DNA of 64,000 nucleotides from Trypanosoma brucei (GCA_000002445.1 CH464491.1:1152001-1216000), one strand, 5' to 3'. Shown: positions 1-11,063, numbered from the stretch's first letter. Numbers and translations: made by a program. Notes: generated from the letters alone by a model not told the origin.

Positions 1-287
1 GCCAAAGAAGAGCTATGATCAAGGCCTTTTTAAACTTTATCTCAAGTTGGCGCTACCTTCCACCTACAGCAAGACACTGCTTGTAAAATGTGGTGGCGGT
101 CGCACACACACACTATGATATCCATTGTTTTGTTGGCCGTGCCCCCATTACCCTGTCCGTGATCGATCTGGTTTTGTGTGCTATTCAGAGTTGCTTGCTA
201 ATATAGGTATTCATACATAGAAATTGCATATATATATATATTGTTGAAAAACTCCCTTTCGCGATAGGGAATCTAGTTGAGGAAACC

Positions 288-3200
288 ATGGTCAACCAAA
301 CAGCGGGCGAGGAGGCGCGTGTGTTTGTCAACAATCAGAACACACGCGTTGCTACCGTTACACTTCCGACGCTTACAAAGCGGTCGGGTGGACGAGCACT
401 CGATGGGGCAACCGATAATTCGGATAGCGATGGAAGTCGAGAAGATATGAGGGATCTAAATGGCTATCAAACTCTTAAGAATGCGGGAAAGACATTGTCG
501 TCGAAAGACGTACATCCGCGGTTGGAGGGTGTCTACCATCGGGTGATGCGACAATTACAATGGCGTGCAAATTACGGTAGTGTAGGAACCCCCCCGCTAG
601 GCATTCGCTTGGGTGTAGAGAGTGATAAGGACTCTAAGGTACCTGAGAGAACTTTTGAACAAGAGGAGTTAATGAACTCCAACATGTCACTTACCTCCAC
701 CTTGTTACCTGAAGCAACCCCAAGTTTGGTGAAGAAGCGGCCATCATCGCAGTCAGTAGGGAAAAACCTTATATTGTCCAGTCCAATGAAGGGTGACGAG
801 GGTGACGAGGGTGCCTTACTCGCACAGCAGCCCTGCCCAAAGACGTTGCGTCTCATCGTGGAGGAGGTCACAAATACTATTGTGGAGAAGTTAAAAATAG
901 CACAAATAGGTTCAATCAAATCATGTCTCTGCCAGGTTTTCGAGAGTCGTGCACTATTAGACCGGTTGTTGAAGGAGATACCGTCCTATTCGCAGTTCCA
1001 AGGTGATGGGGAACGATTACTGACCCCTATGAAACTTCAGGAACTCTATCAAGAGTTCCGTAAACAGCCAACCGTGTTGCCTAACGCATGTTACGTACGG
1101 GATCCAGTAAATGGGTCCGTACTTGCTTGCACAGGGGACATGTGTGCTGCGGCCAATGACCCTGAGGTACCACCTGTAGATGAGCAGCCAGTTCCTCAGC
1201 AACAAGAACAAGTGGCAGAACAACCGAAAACTCTTATGTCTTCCCAGTTTACACTTTGTCAACAGTCTGTTTCGCTCACAGGAACTTGGGTGGGTTCAGA
1301 AGCGAAGAAACCTCTTCAGATGAACTTCGCTGAAGCTGCCATTCCCGCAACTTATGGAAAAAGCAGCAGGATTCCGCAAAACGTTGAATCCCCTTCAAAA
1401 AACAAAGCCCCTGACATGAAGCTTAAGTTTGCACCCCGACCCGCAGCGATTGTGACGTCTGGAAGCATACAGCAGGACCTTAGCAGCGAGGTATCCACCG
1501 TAGGACGGGAGGGGGGTGACCTTACGAGGGAACACTCCGCTCCCACCTCTTCGTCAAGAAGCCACTGCACATCGAAACTTGACACGCAGTATGCTCCACT
1601 ATCTGGCGGTGGTAAACCAAAAGAGTTATCAGAAGTTGCGAAATGTCACCAGGAAACACGGTACGTATCTGTTGGGGTCGTCACAGATAGCAATAGCACA
1701 ACTACGGTGACATGCGAAAAGTATGACGAGCTTGTGAGATATGTAGAGAGTCTCCACGTTGATATTGAGGAGAAGAAGCGAGAAATAAAATTGCTAAAGG
1801 AGGAACTGAGTGAAGAACAACAGTACACCTCTCGCAAGAAGAAAGTGGTACAATACCTGCGCGAAACACTTTACAGGGAGTGCTCAGCCTTGCGTTCACA
1901 ACTTACCATAGTACAACAAAAACAAATACAATATCAGACTGCACTGAAGGATCAGCAGCGGTCCTTGACGGGGATGCAGGCGTCACCCATATATTTTCAG
2001 TCACCAGCGGGTGTGTGCGGCGGGGATCGAAAGCGGAACAATAGCTTCTCTCGGGGTGAGTTTTGGCGACCACCCTCCTCTGGGGTGTCAAGGCCGGGTG
2101 CATACGAGAGTTCTCGTGGGCTGAACAACAGCGCAAGTGATCTCACGCGTCGTCCGACCCCGGGTTCGGCACAAAGTCACAGGCGACATGGAACGCACAG
2201 CGATGAAAACGACGAAAATGCCTCAGTAGACGACCCGTCCACTGACATTGGAAGTAGTTACACAACTCGAAACATGAACGCCTACGATGGTCGCGGTGGT
2301 GGGCTGAACAGGTCTATGAGTATGACCCGTGACGTAATATCCATTGACTGCACAGCCGTTCAGAGTCTTCTCGACCTTGTCCTGCTGGCGGTGGAAAATG
2401 ATCAAGTACTTCCTGCTTCTGCATCAAAGGCAAGGAACGCGAACATGGAAATCATTGGGAAGGCAATGGTTACCGATCCGGAAACTTCTGAGAGAAGAGC
2501 ACGGAAGCATTTTGAGCTCGTGCAGCGGAAGATGAAGGAGAACTACGCGCGAAGTCGAGGGGAATTATTGGCTGCACTCAACACAAAGGAGAGGGAGATA
2601 ACGAAGATAAAAAATGCAACGGACAAGCAGTATTTGGAAAAGTTTCTGAGGGAACAAGTTGACGAACTGAGAAGTAGCTACCGCCGCATTCGCAGGGCCA
2701 CGGTTGAAAATTTGAGTGAACTATGGAATTCTGTGTATTTAATGATGGATGGTATCCTCAACAGGGCCACCGTTGTAGATGCCTCTCTACGGGACAATGA
2801 AAAGCTTTATACTTCCTTTACCGCTTTGCAAGATCTTGTCTCCGCTGGCACCAGCCTAATTGGTCCAATGCTCACCACTGAGTACGGTAGGGGTTATCAT
2901 CCATGGCCGCTGAAGTTGCGCAACACTAGCGAACCATTTCGCGTTATGCTTCGCGCGCGCTACGGTGAAACGCAACTACAGCCCATACATGAGGAAATGA
3001 GTGCGTTTAATGACCTCTATGTGAATGCGCATCAGTACGTCACGCGGAATCACGTGGTTCCGCAACTGAAGCGTCCGGCCGTTGGACCAACCTTACGGCA
3101 GCTCTGTGCACTACTGGTGTTGAACTCCGCGACAACAAATGAGGTATGGCAGCAAGTAAGCGAGAAGTATGGTCGTGAAAAGAATCTACAGCGCCATATT

Positions 3201-3722
3201 GCACTGCTTAACTTTTCACTCGTCTCTCTTATGTATCGCCAGCGTGTGCTGGCTGACCGATCCGCAGCTGCATTGCGGGAGGCGGGAATGGATATGAAGT
3301 TAATTGGTCTTCCTGTACAGCGTAGAGTCAACAGAATCGCAGAGGAGCTGCACAAAGTGATCGCCGAACGCTCAACGGTCAGACGGCAGCGAGTGGATAA
3401 TGCCCGTGACGTTTACCGCATATGGAAGGCAACCCAAATAAATATTTATGAAGGGTATGCCACTCCAGCGATGCCTCCGCGCCTCACTTTGGTTCGTTGC
3501 GACGCGCGAGGTGCAGCGGATTTAGGGCCATTCACTCCGCACTTGAGGGGGGAAAGCAATGCGGAACCCCATCTGCACATGACGACGGATTCGCGGAGAG
3601 CTATGCACGAATTGATCAACCGAGAGGGCGCGGATGACGTTTTGGGATCTGATGGAATCTCCCATGCCTCCACTAGTGCTATTTTATCCCCCACTGCCGC
3701 TGCTGCGGAGACTAACGAATAA
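288..3722 (+). CDS. hypothetical protein, 1144 aa, with a coiled-coil segment and no recognised catalytic domain
   Basis: It is an uninterrupted 3.4-kb ORF in the same orientation as its neighbours. Heptad-like E/K/L/Q-rich segments lie at about 1700-1980. Purine-poor context precedes the ATG at 288. I see no motif I can name. Confidence 0.55.
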   Translation: MVNQTAGEEARVFVNNQNTRVATVTLPTLTKRSGGRALDGATDNSDSDGSREDMRDLNGYQTLKNAGKTLSSKDVHPRLEGVYHRVMRQLQWRANYGSVGTPPLGIRLGVESDKDSKVPERTFEQEELMNSNMSLTSTLLPEATPSLVKKRPSSQSVGKNLILSSPMKGDEGDEGALLAQQPCPKTLRLIVEEVTNTIVEKLKIAQIGSIKSCLCQVFESRALLDRLLKEIPSYSQFQGDGERLLTPMKLQELYQEFRKQPTVLPNACYVRDPVNGSVLACTGDMCAAANDPEVPPVDEQPVPQQQEQVAEQPKTLMSSQFTLCQQSVSLTGTWVGSEAKKPLQMNFAEAAIPATYGKSSRIPQNVESPSKNKAPDMKLKFAPRPAAIVTSGSIQQDLSSEVSTVGREGGDLTREHSAPTSSSRSHCTSKLDTQYAPLSGGGKPKELSEVAKCHQETRYVSVGVVTDSNSTTTVTCEKYDELVRYVESLHVDIEEKKREIKLLKEELSEEQQYTSRKKKVVQYLRETLYRECSALRSQLTIVQQKQIQYQTALKDQQRSLTGMQASPIYFQSPAGVCGGDRKRNNSFSRGEFWRPPSSGVSRPGAYESSRGLNNSASDLTRRPTPGSAQSHRRHGTHSDENDENASVDDPSTDIGSSYTTRNMNAYDGRGGGLNRSMSMTRDVISIDCTAVQSLLDLVLLAVENDQVLPASASKARNANMEIIGKAMVTDPETSERRARKHFELVQRKMKENYARSRGELLAALNTKEREITKIKNATDKQYLEKFLREQVDELRSSYRRIRRATVENLSELWNSVYLMMDGILNRATVVDASLRDNEKLYTSFTALQDLVSAGTSLIGPMLTTEYGRGYHPWPLKLRNTSEPFRVMLRARYGETQLQPIHEEMSAFNDLYVNAHQYVTRNHVVPQLKRPAVGPTLRQLCALLVLNSATTNEVWQQVSEKYGREKNLQRHIALLNFSLVSLMYRQRVLADRSAAALREAGMDMKLIGLPVQRRVNRIAEELHKVIAERSTVRRQRVDNARDVYRIWKATQINIYEGYATPAMPPRLTLVRCDARGAADLGPFTPHLRGESNAEPHLHMTTDSRRAMHELINREGADDVLGSDGISHASTSAILSPTAAAAETNE

Positions 3723-3767
3723 GGGGGCCCAGAAAGTTTCTAGTTTCTTTTTAAGGTACTAAGGTCA

Positions 3768-3795
3768 CCCCCCCCCCCCCCACACACACACACAC
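3768..3795. repeat. C14 homopolymer followed by (CA)7, 46 nt downstream of the stop of gene 288-3722
   Basis: The sequence is cccccccccccccc acacacacacacac. Confidence 0.9.
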
Positions 3796-4254
3796 GCGCC
3801 CATGTTTACTGAACTCAGTATCCCAAAGATGAGACGAGTTTACCCTCCAAGTGCGGCTGTCAGTTAGCTGCATAAGTACAAGTATGCGTATGTGCACTTG
3901 TTTTCACCTGTGCTCACGTGTCAGCGTTGGCCACTGTAAATTAGCGGACGGGCCGCTCATGATTGTTTTTGCAACGAATGTATATCTATGGTCCGGTTTT
4001 TCCAGTGTATATCGTATGGGGGAGGTTCGGTACCTTTTCCTACATGCGTTGAATGTATTGCGTGCCACAGACGCACGTATGGAATCGTATCTTCCCCTTC
4101 TCCCGTGGAGTTGTGTAAATTTGGAGAGTGTGGGGCAAAACTTATATTCGTATGTGCGTTTGTGTTAAATCAAGATATAGATCCGCAACTGGGTAGTGGG
4201 TGGACGAAAAGTGGTTTGCCTTGTTAATCACTTTGCTGACTATTTTGGTTCTTC

Positions 4255-4300
4255 GCATTTCTTTCCCCCTCCTCCCTTATCTACTTTTTTTTTTCCATAC
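4255..4300 (+). promoter_or_regulatory. polypyrimidine tract (candidate splice-acceptor signal) upstream of the SDHAF3-like gene
   Basis: The sequence is ttcttcgcatttctttccccctcctcccttatctacttttttttttccataccgc. Confidence 0.4.
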
Positions 4301-4637
4301 CGCTAAATATCTCATATTTGTATAGCGTGGGCCGTTGCTTTACCGCGTTGGCACGTAAACAGCACAACAACTGTCAAAATACGTCGGGCAAATAAGAAGG
4401 AACGAAGTGAGCTGCGCTCCCAGCATTGAGTGAAAAGGAAGGCTTGCCACAGTTGTAGTGGCAAGTAGTAGGTATTCAACGAAATAGTTAAAAAAAATTA
4501 TGCGAGCGAGGCCCTCTTGGCATTTACGCCTCAACAAAAATCGTGATGATGTAACCACCTTTCGTGGTTTCCCCGCTACTGCCCGTAGCTGCTGCAGCAT
4601 CGGTAGCATCAGTGGGCTCCAGGCCCTACCCCATCCA

Positions 4638-4991
4638 ATGGAGTTGAGTTCTGTAGAATACCGCAGCGAAGGATGGACACATGCCATATGCCGCCTTTAC
4701 CGCACTTTGTATAAGTTGCATGCAAAGCAGTTGCATCCAATTCAGCGTGAGTTTGGTGATCGGTTCGTGCAGACGGAGTTTCAGCGTCACATAGACGCAA
4801 GCGAGAAGCATGCGCGTATCTTTTATCAATCATGGTATTCGTATGCCGTACAGCTTTTAGTAGGGCAAACCTCTCGGGATATGACGGCCGAAGAGCAACA
4901 ACAACTGACACCAGAACAAAAAGAGACCATGCGGAGGCTTCGTAGCCACGTACTGCAAGCAAAACAAAGCGAACCGGGGTTTCACTTGTAA
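4638..4991 (+). CDS. SDHAF3: LYR-motif protein, succinate dehydrogenase assembly factor 3 (ACN9/SDHAF3/LYRM10) homolog; the ORF track starts at 4500 but the internal Met at 4638 is the more plausible start
   Basis: The translation contains ICRLYRTLYKLHAKQLHPIQREFGDRFVQTEFQRH...ARIFYQSWYSYAVQLL. It matches the Complex1_LYR signature (L-Y-R ... K, downstream F). It also aligns with the SDHAF3 block LYKRVLQLHR..LGDQYVKDEFRRHK..AQRFLQEWEVYATALL. A polypyrimidine tract at 4255-4300 lies upstream. Confidence 0.7.
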   Translation: MELSSVEYRSEGWTHAICRLYRTLYKLHAKQLHPIQREFGDRFVQTEFQRHIDASEKHARIFYQSWYSYAVQLLVGQTSRDMTAEEQQQLTPEQKETMRRLRSHVLQAKQSEPGFHL

Positions 4992-5991
4992 AGGGATTTA
5001 TTCTGTGAGTCCTGAGATGTACACACGGTGCGACGTATTCGTATGGATAGTTTAGGCTTTGTCCGGCAAGTGGCGTCCTTTTTTTTTTTTTTTAATGCTT
5101 ATATTCTAGCAGGTGGTCCGATGCTTCCAGTAGTGTTAATCATATCGCCATCAGTTTAGAAAATCGTTATGTTGGTAATCATTGCATTTTTTTTTTTACG
5201 TTATTGTTGTTGTCACTGTATTACTACCTTATTTAGGCGTCTGCCTATTTACTTCTCTCGCTTCCTATTTTCACACATTCCCAGCGACAGAACTAACTAA
5301 ACAGAGGAGAGGTTGAATTTAAAAAGGGAAAGTAGAGGTGGTTCGGTGGGATCCACAATCCCTATAGCAGGTAAGGTGTGGGCACACGTAAGGGGTGAAG
5401 TGTAAAAATACACACGTGTATATATTACCAGAGGAAAGAAGCGAAAAGCAACAGTAACAGAGCAAAAAAAAAAAAGGAAACAACGAAATATAAAACTAAT
5501 TTTGAGTCGAACCAAAGGAACGGTGAGAAGAGAAAACGGAATCATCAGGAAAGTATCTTCCAACGCCAAATATTGCGGGTCCCAGAAAAGCAAGAGAACA
5601 CGCTTTGTTTCTCTATTGGCCTTATCCTTCGGTATTTCACTGAGGCGGCTCGCCAGTTCTTCGTGGATAGCAGAAAAAGTTCGGAGGGCAGTTTTAGGGG
5701 GGCACGCGAGCGAAGTTTCTCCCGAGGGCATTGTGTCACACAAACTGTCAGTGGGCAAGGGATCCACACGGGAACTGGTACGACCAACTGTGCTCATCCG
5801 TGTCATCGTTTCGTCTGTGGCAACACAAAAGGCAGAGGGTGGAAAACAAGTGTGTGAGCGAGTGGGGCAACAACAGAGTACAGGAAACTGTTGGAGCTAC
5901 CGAACATTATCTTGAGGTGTTGCGCGGTTGCCCATCAGGAGACACCTGCGTTGGTGCCTGTACAAAGGGCTGTGGAGCGCACGTTCGACCG

Positions 5992-6027
5992 ATATAACAT
6001 ATATAAATATATATATATATATATATA
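5992..6027. repeat. (TA)n microsatellite, 14 nt upstream of the preferred start codon of the 5928/6042 gene
   Basis: The sequence is atataacatatataaatatatatatatatatatata. Confidence 0.9.
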
Positions 6028-6041
6028 GGGAGCCGAAGGTT

Positions 6042-9000
6042 ATGCGCCGTGCCTCTGTAGCAGTCACCCCCTCCACGTCGTCAGTGTTGGGGGGTGGTGC
6101 TTCGACGACGGGTACAGTTGATCCCACCACTGGAACGTCAGGCGCTTCGTGTCAGTCTGTTCCCCGTCTCGCTCATCGAAGTGTTATGGATACTGAAGAC
6201 GGACTAACTTCGCCAAAGCCTAGACCTCAAGACATTGTAGTGACGAAAAGTAATCCGACGCTGCGTGCATCAGCAGTGCGACCTACACTAGCCGCTTCCT
6301 CCGGAGCTCACATTCGTCGGCGGCCCCCGTCCGTTCCAGATCGGGCCGTTTCCCCTCACTTTGCCACCCCGGTCTTGTCAACACTCTGGCGAGATATGGT
6401 CGAGCACCGCACAGACCCGTCACCGGCACCGCGCTGTTCTCGAAAGCGTCGCTCCACTACATCGGCGACGGCACCACTGGCCCGTATGCCGTCAGCAGTA
6501 CTACGGGGGAGTGGGGAGCAGTCTCGGGGGAAGGCAGTTGGGCAAATAATAGAGGAGGTGGGGAGGGCTCGGTCACTCCGGCGTGTAACAAACGACAGGA
6601 AGGGGGGATCGCTACTCAGCATGCATGCTACAAACACATTCAACGGACAACGACATCTCCTGTCCCCGGTAAAGGGTTCTCTCGGGACTGCACGGCCGCC
6701 TATTGTGCTTGATGCAAAACAAAACACTCGGTCTCGCTCAATGCGGATGAAGCTGCAGGAGGTGACGCCCAGCAACAATGATGAAATGCGTAAGGAGGTC
6801 GTAAGCTGCTACAGGAAATTGTGCGAAGAGGTTGGACAGTCACCACAAGAATCGTGGATTGCCGCTGTTTTGGGCGAAAAGACCGATATTACCTCTGATT
6901 CGAATGTGGGCTTACCAATCGGTGATAGATCAACAGCGAATGACAGTGTTTGCGCTAGTGCTAGCGCCAGTGGTAGAAACATTGACCTTTCTCTGAAGCG
7001 AATGCCAAGCGGCCCAGCTCTTAGCGCGAAATCACAATCATCTGTGGAGGGGCGACAGAAAAGCAAAGGCACTTCGAAGATTCAGGGATGTTCCACTGTG
7101 AAGGCACCATCGATAGCCTCCACAACAAAGTTTACCAATCTAGCTTCTGGAGCGAACGTTTTGCGGGATGAGTCACTGCGACGAATGATAGCATATTGTG
7201 ATCACCTCCGCCCTTATAGCAGCAAGATGGAACAGTTGAAACAGCGGCGACAGGATGTGAGGGAGTCATTGAACAGATTCCTTGAGGTGTGCAACAAGAA
7301 GCAGGATGGTTTGCACGAGGATAGAGCACTTGATTCAGAGCAAGCGGCTGACAACGATAGCTCGAAATCTTTAACCATCAGTGCCCTCCAGTCGCGAGCA
7401 GATTCGTTAACTAGCGGTCTTAAGGAGTTACAGCGGTGCAACGTGAGACTACTGTTATGCCTGTCTAACTTGTCCTGTGAGGTTAGGAGGCCTTTGGGTT
7501 CCATTTCTGGTGATGCAGGGCCCGCGTCTAACGATCAGCAGCAGGAGATAGTGAAGGCTTGCAGTGTGCCAGCTGTGCCCCAGATTCAAAGTGTCCCAAA
7601 GGCATCGGCATCCCTGACATCGATTAACCTGCCTACGGCGATCCCTGCCGCTTATCTACACTTCCTTCGCTCGCAGGAGCGTATCATAGTGCAAGAACTC
7701 TCGGAGTTGTGTAACCGTGTCCGTTCAGCCTTGGCAGAGGGGACAAACATTTCTACAGCGGATGAAGGACTGCTGGAGACCCCACTGTTCCTTCCTTCGA
7801 CGTGGTCCGCATCGACCAATAGTGCTCGTGCAGTCAAAGATCGGAAACTGAGCGAACAAAAACTTCAACCGAAAACAGGGGGGAACCTAAGTGCTGCGGC
7901 GCGCCGGGCGGTTCATGCGTCGTCAGCCCCCGCCAGCAAACCCCTCACTCGCTTCGCGAGTAGTACGAAAGGTAGTGAACATAACTACAGCACGAGTAGG
8001 TGCGCCGATAGTCACAGGACTGTTGATTCTAGCAGCACCACGCATGCATCGGACGTACATTTGCCGTTTGTGGGGGTTGCGTTTGCTGACTGGGCGAATA
8101 CTAGTGATGACGAGAAGGAGAGCAGCTTGAACAGTACTTATCCTCAGCGAAATGACAGCACTGCCCGCAGTCCTAGACTTGTGATTGGGGGAGGAAAGCG
8201 GCGTTTGTCATTTGATACCGCTACCGAAAAGCATATTCGTTCCACCACCTCGGCTAACGGCGCCTTAGCTAACAAATTCTGCCGAGCGAGGTCTTCTGCA
8301 GCGGTACTCATGGGGTCGAAGAAGGTAACTCCAAAACTCAATGCGAGAAATGCCTCTCCTACGAGGACGGCAAAGCGGTCGAAGACGAAGCATTCGAAAA
8401 AGAGCAGCACGCCGGCCGTCGAAGGTGCTATCACCGCGGCGCAGATAAAGCAAGCCGAAGCTACCTGGGAAACAATCCAAGGACTAGCGCTGCGCAACTC
8501 TACGAGTGGGAATTTGGGTAGCCCCACTCAATCATTCTCCATACAGTTGGCGATGGTCCCTTCAGCGGTGGATGAGGCACGTGATGGCAACGATATGTCC
8601 ATAATTGGAGAGAGGGGTAGTCCCGCCGAAGCTGCAGGTGATTTCAGAGCCACTGGACCATCAAATCAAGAAATTTTGAGCACAAGGAAGGAGCAACTGC
8701 CATTGCTGGGGAAAGAGTACAACACTCCCGTGTGCCAAGGTGTAGAAGTAACATCCGTGGATGAAAACCACCGGCGGGTTCATGCGGCGCAGGTAATTGA
8801 ACGCTTTCTGCTCCGTTGTGTGAGGCAGAGGGCCCAACACACCGACAAGCAGAAGAAAAAGGGGAAGGAAGAGACGATGGTGGAGGAAACTGAGGCGGCA
8901 ACCGCGAAACCATTCTCCGCTCCTGTGGGTAGTGTATTTTTGTGTGACTCAGAGGCATGTAATCAAATGGCGGCACGCATAGTTCATTGCTGGCGACGAT

Positions 9001-11063
9001 ATAAGTCACGATTGGAGATAAAGCAGCTGCAGAAGCAGAGGTGGGAAGATGAACATCAGCAGCAGCGGCTGCAACACAGAAATGTTATGGCTGCTCGTCT
9101 ACAGAGTTTCTTCATTGTCAACTTAGCCGTGCGCCGCCGGCGCCGGCTTCTTCAACAGAAGCAAGAGGAAGCGCCAAAGCCTGTTGTGGCGAACTCTAAT
9201 GAAAAGTCCACAAAACCGTCCACACCAAACACTAAAACGAATAAAGAGAATGGCGGGTCCCCGGTACCGACCATGCGAGAGAGGTTTGACCGAACACGAG
9301 AGAAGCGAAAGAGTTTGTTGCGCGACCATCACGATAGGACCGAACTAAGCACAACGAGCAGTAGCGCGTCAACGAAGTCGCACACGGGTGCCCCCATGAA
9401 ATCTCTTAAAACTCGAACTCAGTCGGCAACATCTCTTGTAAAAAATAAAAGCGGCACTAGGGCAACAGTAGTTCCACCGTTACACCTGAAGTCTTCTGGT
9501 TTATCGACGCACGCTGCAGACAATTACCACCCCGATACAGTAACACTCAAGGTCGGTATGCTACACCGACTTCTTCGTGCACCGAAGCCCCTTGTGTACG
9601 CACTGCGTGTCATGTGCAGCCGTTACGAGTCACGGCCTTATTCCGCTTACGATGTCCTTGCCTCGTGCGATTGGCGTACAGTAAAGGATGATGTTGAGGA
9701 GGCTGCGGAGCACAACGAGGAGAACAGGGGTAAAGATGGCAACGCGGAGGAAATGGCTGAAACCGCTTCCATTATTAGTGGGAACAGCAGCGTGCATGCG
9801 TTCGAGAACATGATGCCAACTTCCAAACCCAGGTCTAGCGATGACTTGTACCTCCAGATCAAGTCGTATCGAGCTATATATAACTCCTCTTCACTTAAGG
9901 TGAAGGGAAATGTGAAAGATGGGAATGGCACACCTTCCTCATTTCTGAATATGTTCTCTACACACCCACCATCAGTTCGCGTGGATAGTTTTGTTGATAC
10001 GAATGAATTACGGTTTTTAGAACCCATACCCAAGTCGTTGCCGCGACCCTTCGAACACTGGAGTATTGCGCTTTCCCTTCAGCAGCGCGTGTTCACCGCG
10101 GCGGCTATCTACGCATGGAAATTAATATTCAGTCACACACCACATGACGACTATAAGCAGCGGATGCTTGACACTAGGGAAGAGCAGGAGGCCCGTCTCG
10201 ATCGCGTCGAGCAGCGGAATCGCATGATACTCGCGTGTTATTGCGTCCGCTCGGAATCTGAGTGGCTTCGGGAGGCTTCGGCAGATCTCAACTTCGTTGG
10301 TCGCATATGGAATCCGAAGCGGTCGCTCGATCCCAATGACCCTGACTTCGAACGGCATTGCCTTGAGACGTATGAGTTTGTGGAGAATTTCCTCTATCAA
10401 TGCTTTCCCACACTATCAACCCTCGAGGATGTGCCGACATTCCTAATGGGGGCGGGAATTTACTTTATGATGCAAGCAACACTCACCAAGTTGGGGGCTG
10501 GAGAGGGAGCGGAGTCATTTGTGGACGTTGGCCGGTTGGACGAAAATACGTCTTCTTTGAACGCACAGCAACGTGAATGTTTATTTGTGTACGAGTTTCT
10601 CAACCTAATCGACACGCTTTCCTTCTGGCACAGTCAGTCAAAGGGGAAGAGTAATGACGCATCCCCAACGGGGAAGTCGAGCAGCAAACAACCGGGCACC
10701 GCGGCGGCTGGGTCAACACAAACAGAGACTAGTGATGATGATTTCATTTCATGGAGGGCACACCTTGAGCGTTCCGTGAACGCTATTTTAGGCGCGTCAT
10801 CCACTGGAGTTGGCACATCAGCCACGACTGATTCCCTTACAAATTTAGACGGTAATATAACGGATTCATCTGATTGTCCACCAATTCGGTTGGTAAAGTG
10901 TCCATCTTCCAATGTTGTAGCGGGTGAAAAAGTTAGCATGGAGCGCTTTTCATTGGCTTACCCGAGTGGTTTCCTTGTGGGTCTCAGTGAGCGTTTGATG
11001 CGGTGTTTAGTGGGAGTAAAACTTGATTTGGATGTGTGTGAGGATCTTGATGTGGCCATGTGA
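6042..11063 (+). CDS. large hypothetical protein (~1673 aa from ATG 6042; ORF open from 5928), S/T/A-rich low complexity with two IQ-like calmodulin-binding motifs
   Basis: It is a continuous 5.1-kb ORF. The ORF-track start at 5928 would translate a (TA)n microsatellite (YINIYIYIY), so I prefer the ATG at 6042, 14 nt after the repeat. IQ-like motifs (AARIVHCWRRYKSRL and MAARLQSFFIVNLAVRRRRR) lie at about 8970-9140. Confidence 0.6.
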   Translation: MRRASVAVTPSTSSVLGGGASTTGTVDPTTGTSGASCQSVPRLAHRSVMDTEDGLTSPKPRPQDIVVTKSNPTLRASAVRPTLAASSGAHIRRRPPSVPDRAVSPHFATPVLSTLWRDMVEHRTDPSPAPRCSRKRRSTTSATAPLARMPSAVLRGSGEQSRGKAVGQIIEEVGRARSLRRVTNDRKGGSLLSMHATNTFNGQRHLLSPVKGSLGTARPPIVLDAKQNTRSRSMRMKLQEVTPSNNDEMRKEVVSCYRKLCEEVGQSPQESWIAAVLGEKTDITSDSNVGLPIGDRSTANDSVCASASASGRNIDLSLKRMPSGPALSAKSQSSVEGRQKSKGTSKIQGCSTVKAPSIASTTKFTNLASGANVLRDESLRRMIAYCDHLRPYSSKMEQLKQRRQDVRESLNRFLEVCNKKQDGLHEDRALDSEQAADNDSSKSLTISALQSRADSLTSGLKELQRCNVRLLLCLSNLSCEVRRPLGSISGDAGPASNDQQQEIVKACSVPAVPQIQSVPKASASLTSINLPTAIPAAYLHFLRSQERIIVQELSELCNRVRSALAEGTNISTADEGLLETPLFLPSTWSASTNSARAVKDRKLSEQKLQPKTGGNLSAAARRAVHASSAPASKPLTRFASSTKGSEHNYSTSRCADSHRTVDSSSTTHASDVHLPFVGVAFADWANTSDDEKESSLNSTYPQRNDSTARSPRLVIGGGKRRLSFDTATEKHIRSTTSANGALANKFCRARSSAAVLMGSKKVTPKLNARNASPTRTAKRSKTKHSKKSSTPAVEGAITAAQIKQAEATWETIQGLALRNSTSGNLGSPTQSFSIQLAMVPSAVDEARDGNDMSIIGERGSPAEAAGDFRATGPSNQEILSTRKEQLPLLGKEYNTPVCQGVEVTSVDENHRRVHAAQVIERFLLRCVRQRAQHTDKQKKKGKEETMVEETEAATAKPFSAPVGSVFLCDSEACNQMAARIVHCWRRYKSRLEIKQLQKQRWEDEHQQQRLQHRNVMAARLQSFFIVNLAVRRRRRLLQQKQEEAPKPVVANSNEKSTKPSTPNTKTNKENGGSPVPTMRERFDRTREKRKSLLRDHHDRTELSTTSSSASTKSHTGAPMKSLKTRTQSATSLVKNKSGTRATVVPPLHLKSSGLSTHAADNYHPDTVTLKVGMLHRLLRAPKPLVYALRVMCSRYESRPYSAYDVLASCDWRTVKDDVEEAAEHNEENRGKDGNAEEMAETASIISGNSSVHAFENMMPTSKPRSSDDLYLQIKSYRAIYNSSSLKVKGNVKDGNGTPSSFLNMFSTHPPSVRVDSFVDTNELRFLEPIPKSLPRPFEHWSIALSLQQRVFTAAAIYAWKLIFSHTPHDDYKQRMLDTREEQEARLDRVEQRNRMILACYCVRSESEWLREASADLNFVGRIWNPKRSLDPNDPDFERHCLETYEFVENFLYQCFPTLSTLEDVPTFLMGAGIYFMMQATLTKLGAGEGAESFVDVGRLDENTSSLNAQQRECLFVYEFLNLIDTLSFWHSQSKGKSNDASPTGKSSSKQPGTAAAGSTQTETSDDDFISWRAHLERSVNAILGASSTGVGTSATTDSLTNLDGNITDSSDCPPIRLVKCPSSNVVAGEKVSMERFSLAYPSGFLVGLSERLMRCLVGVKLDLDVCEDLDVAM

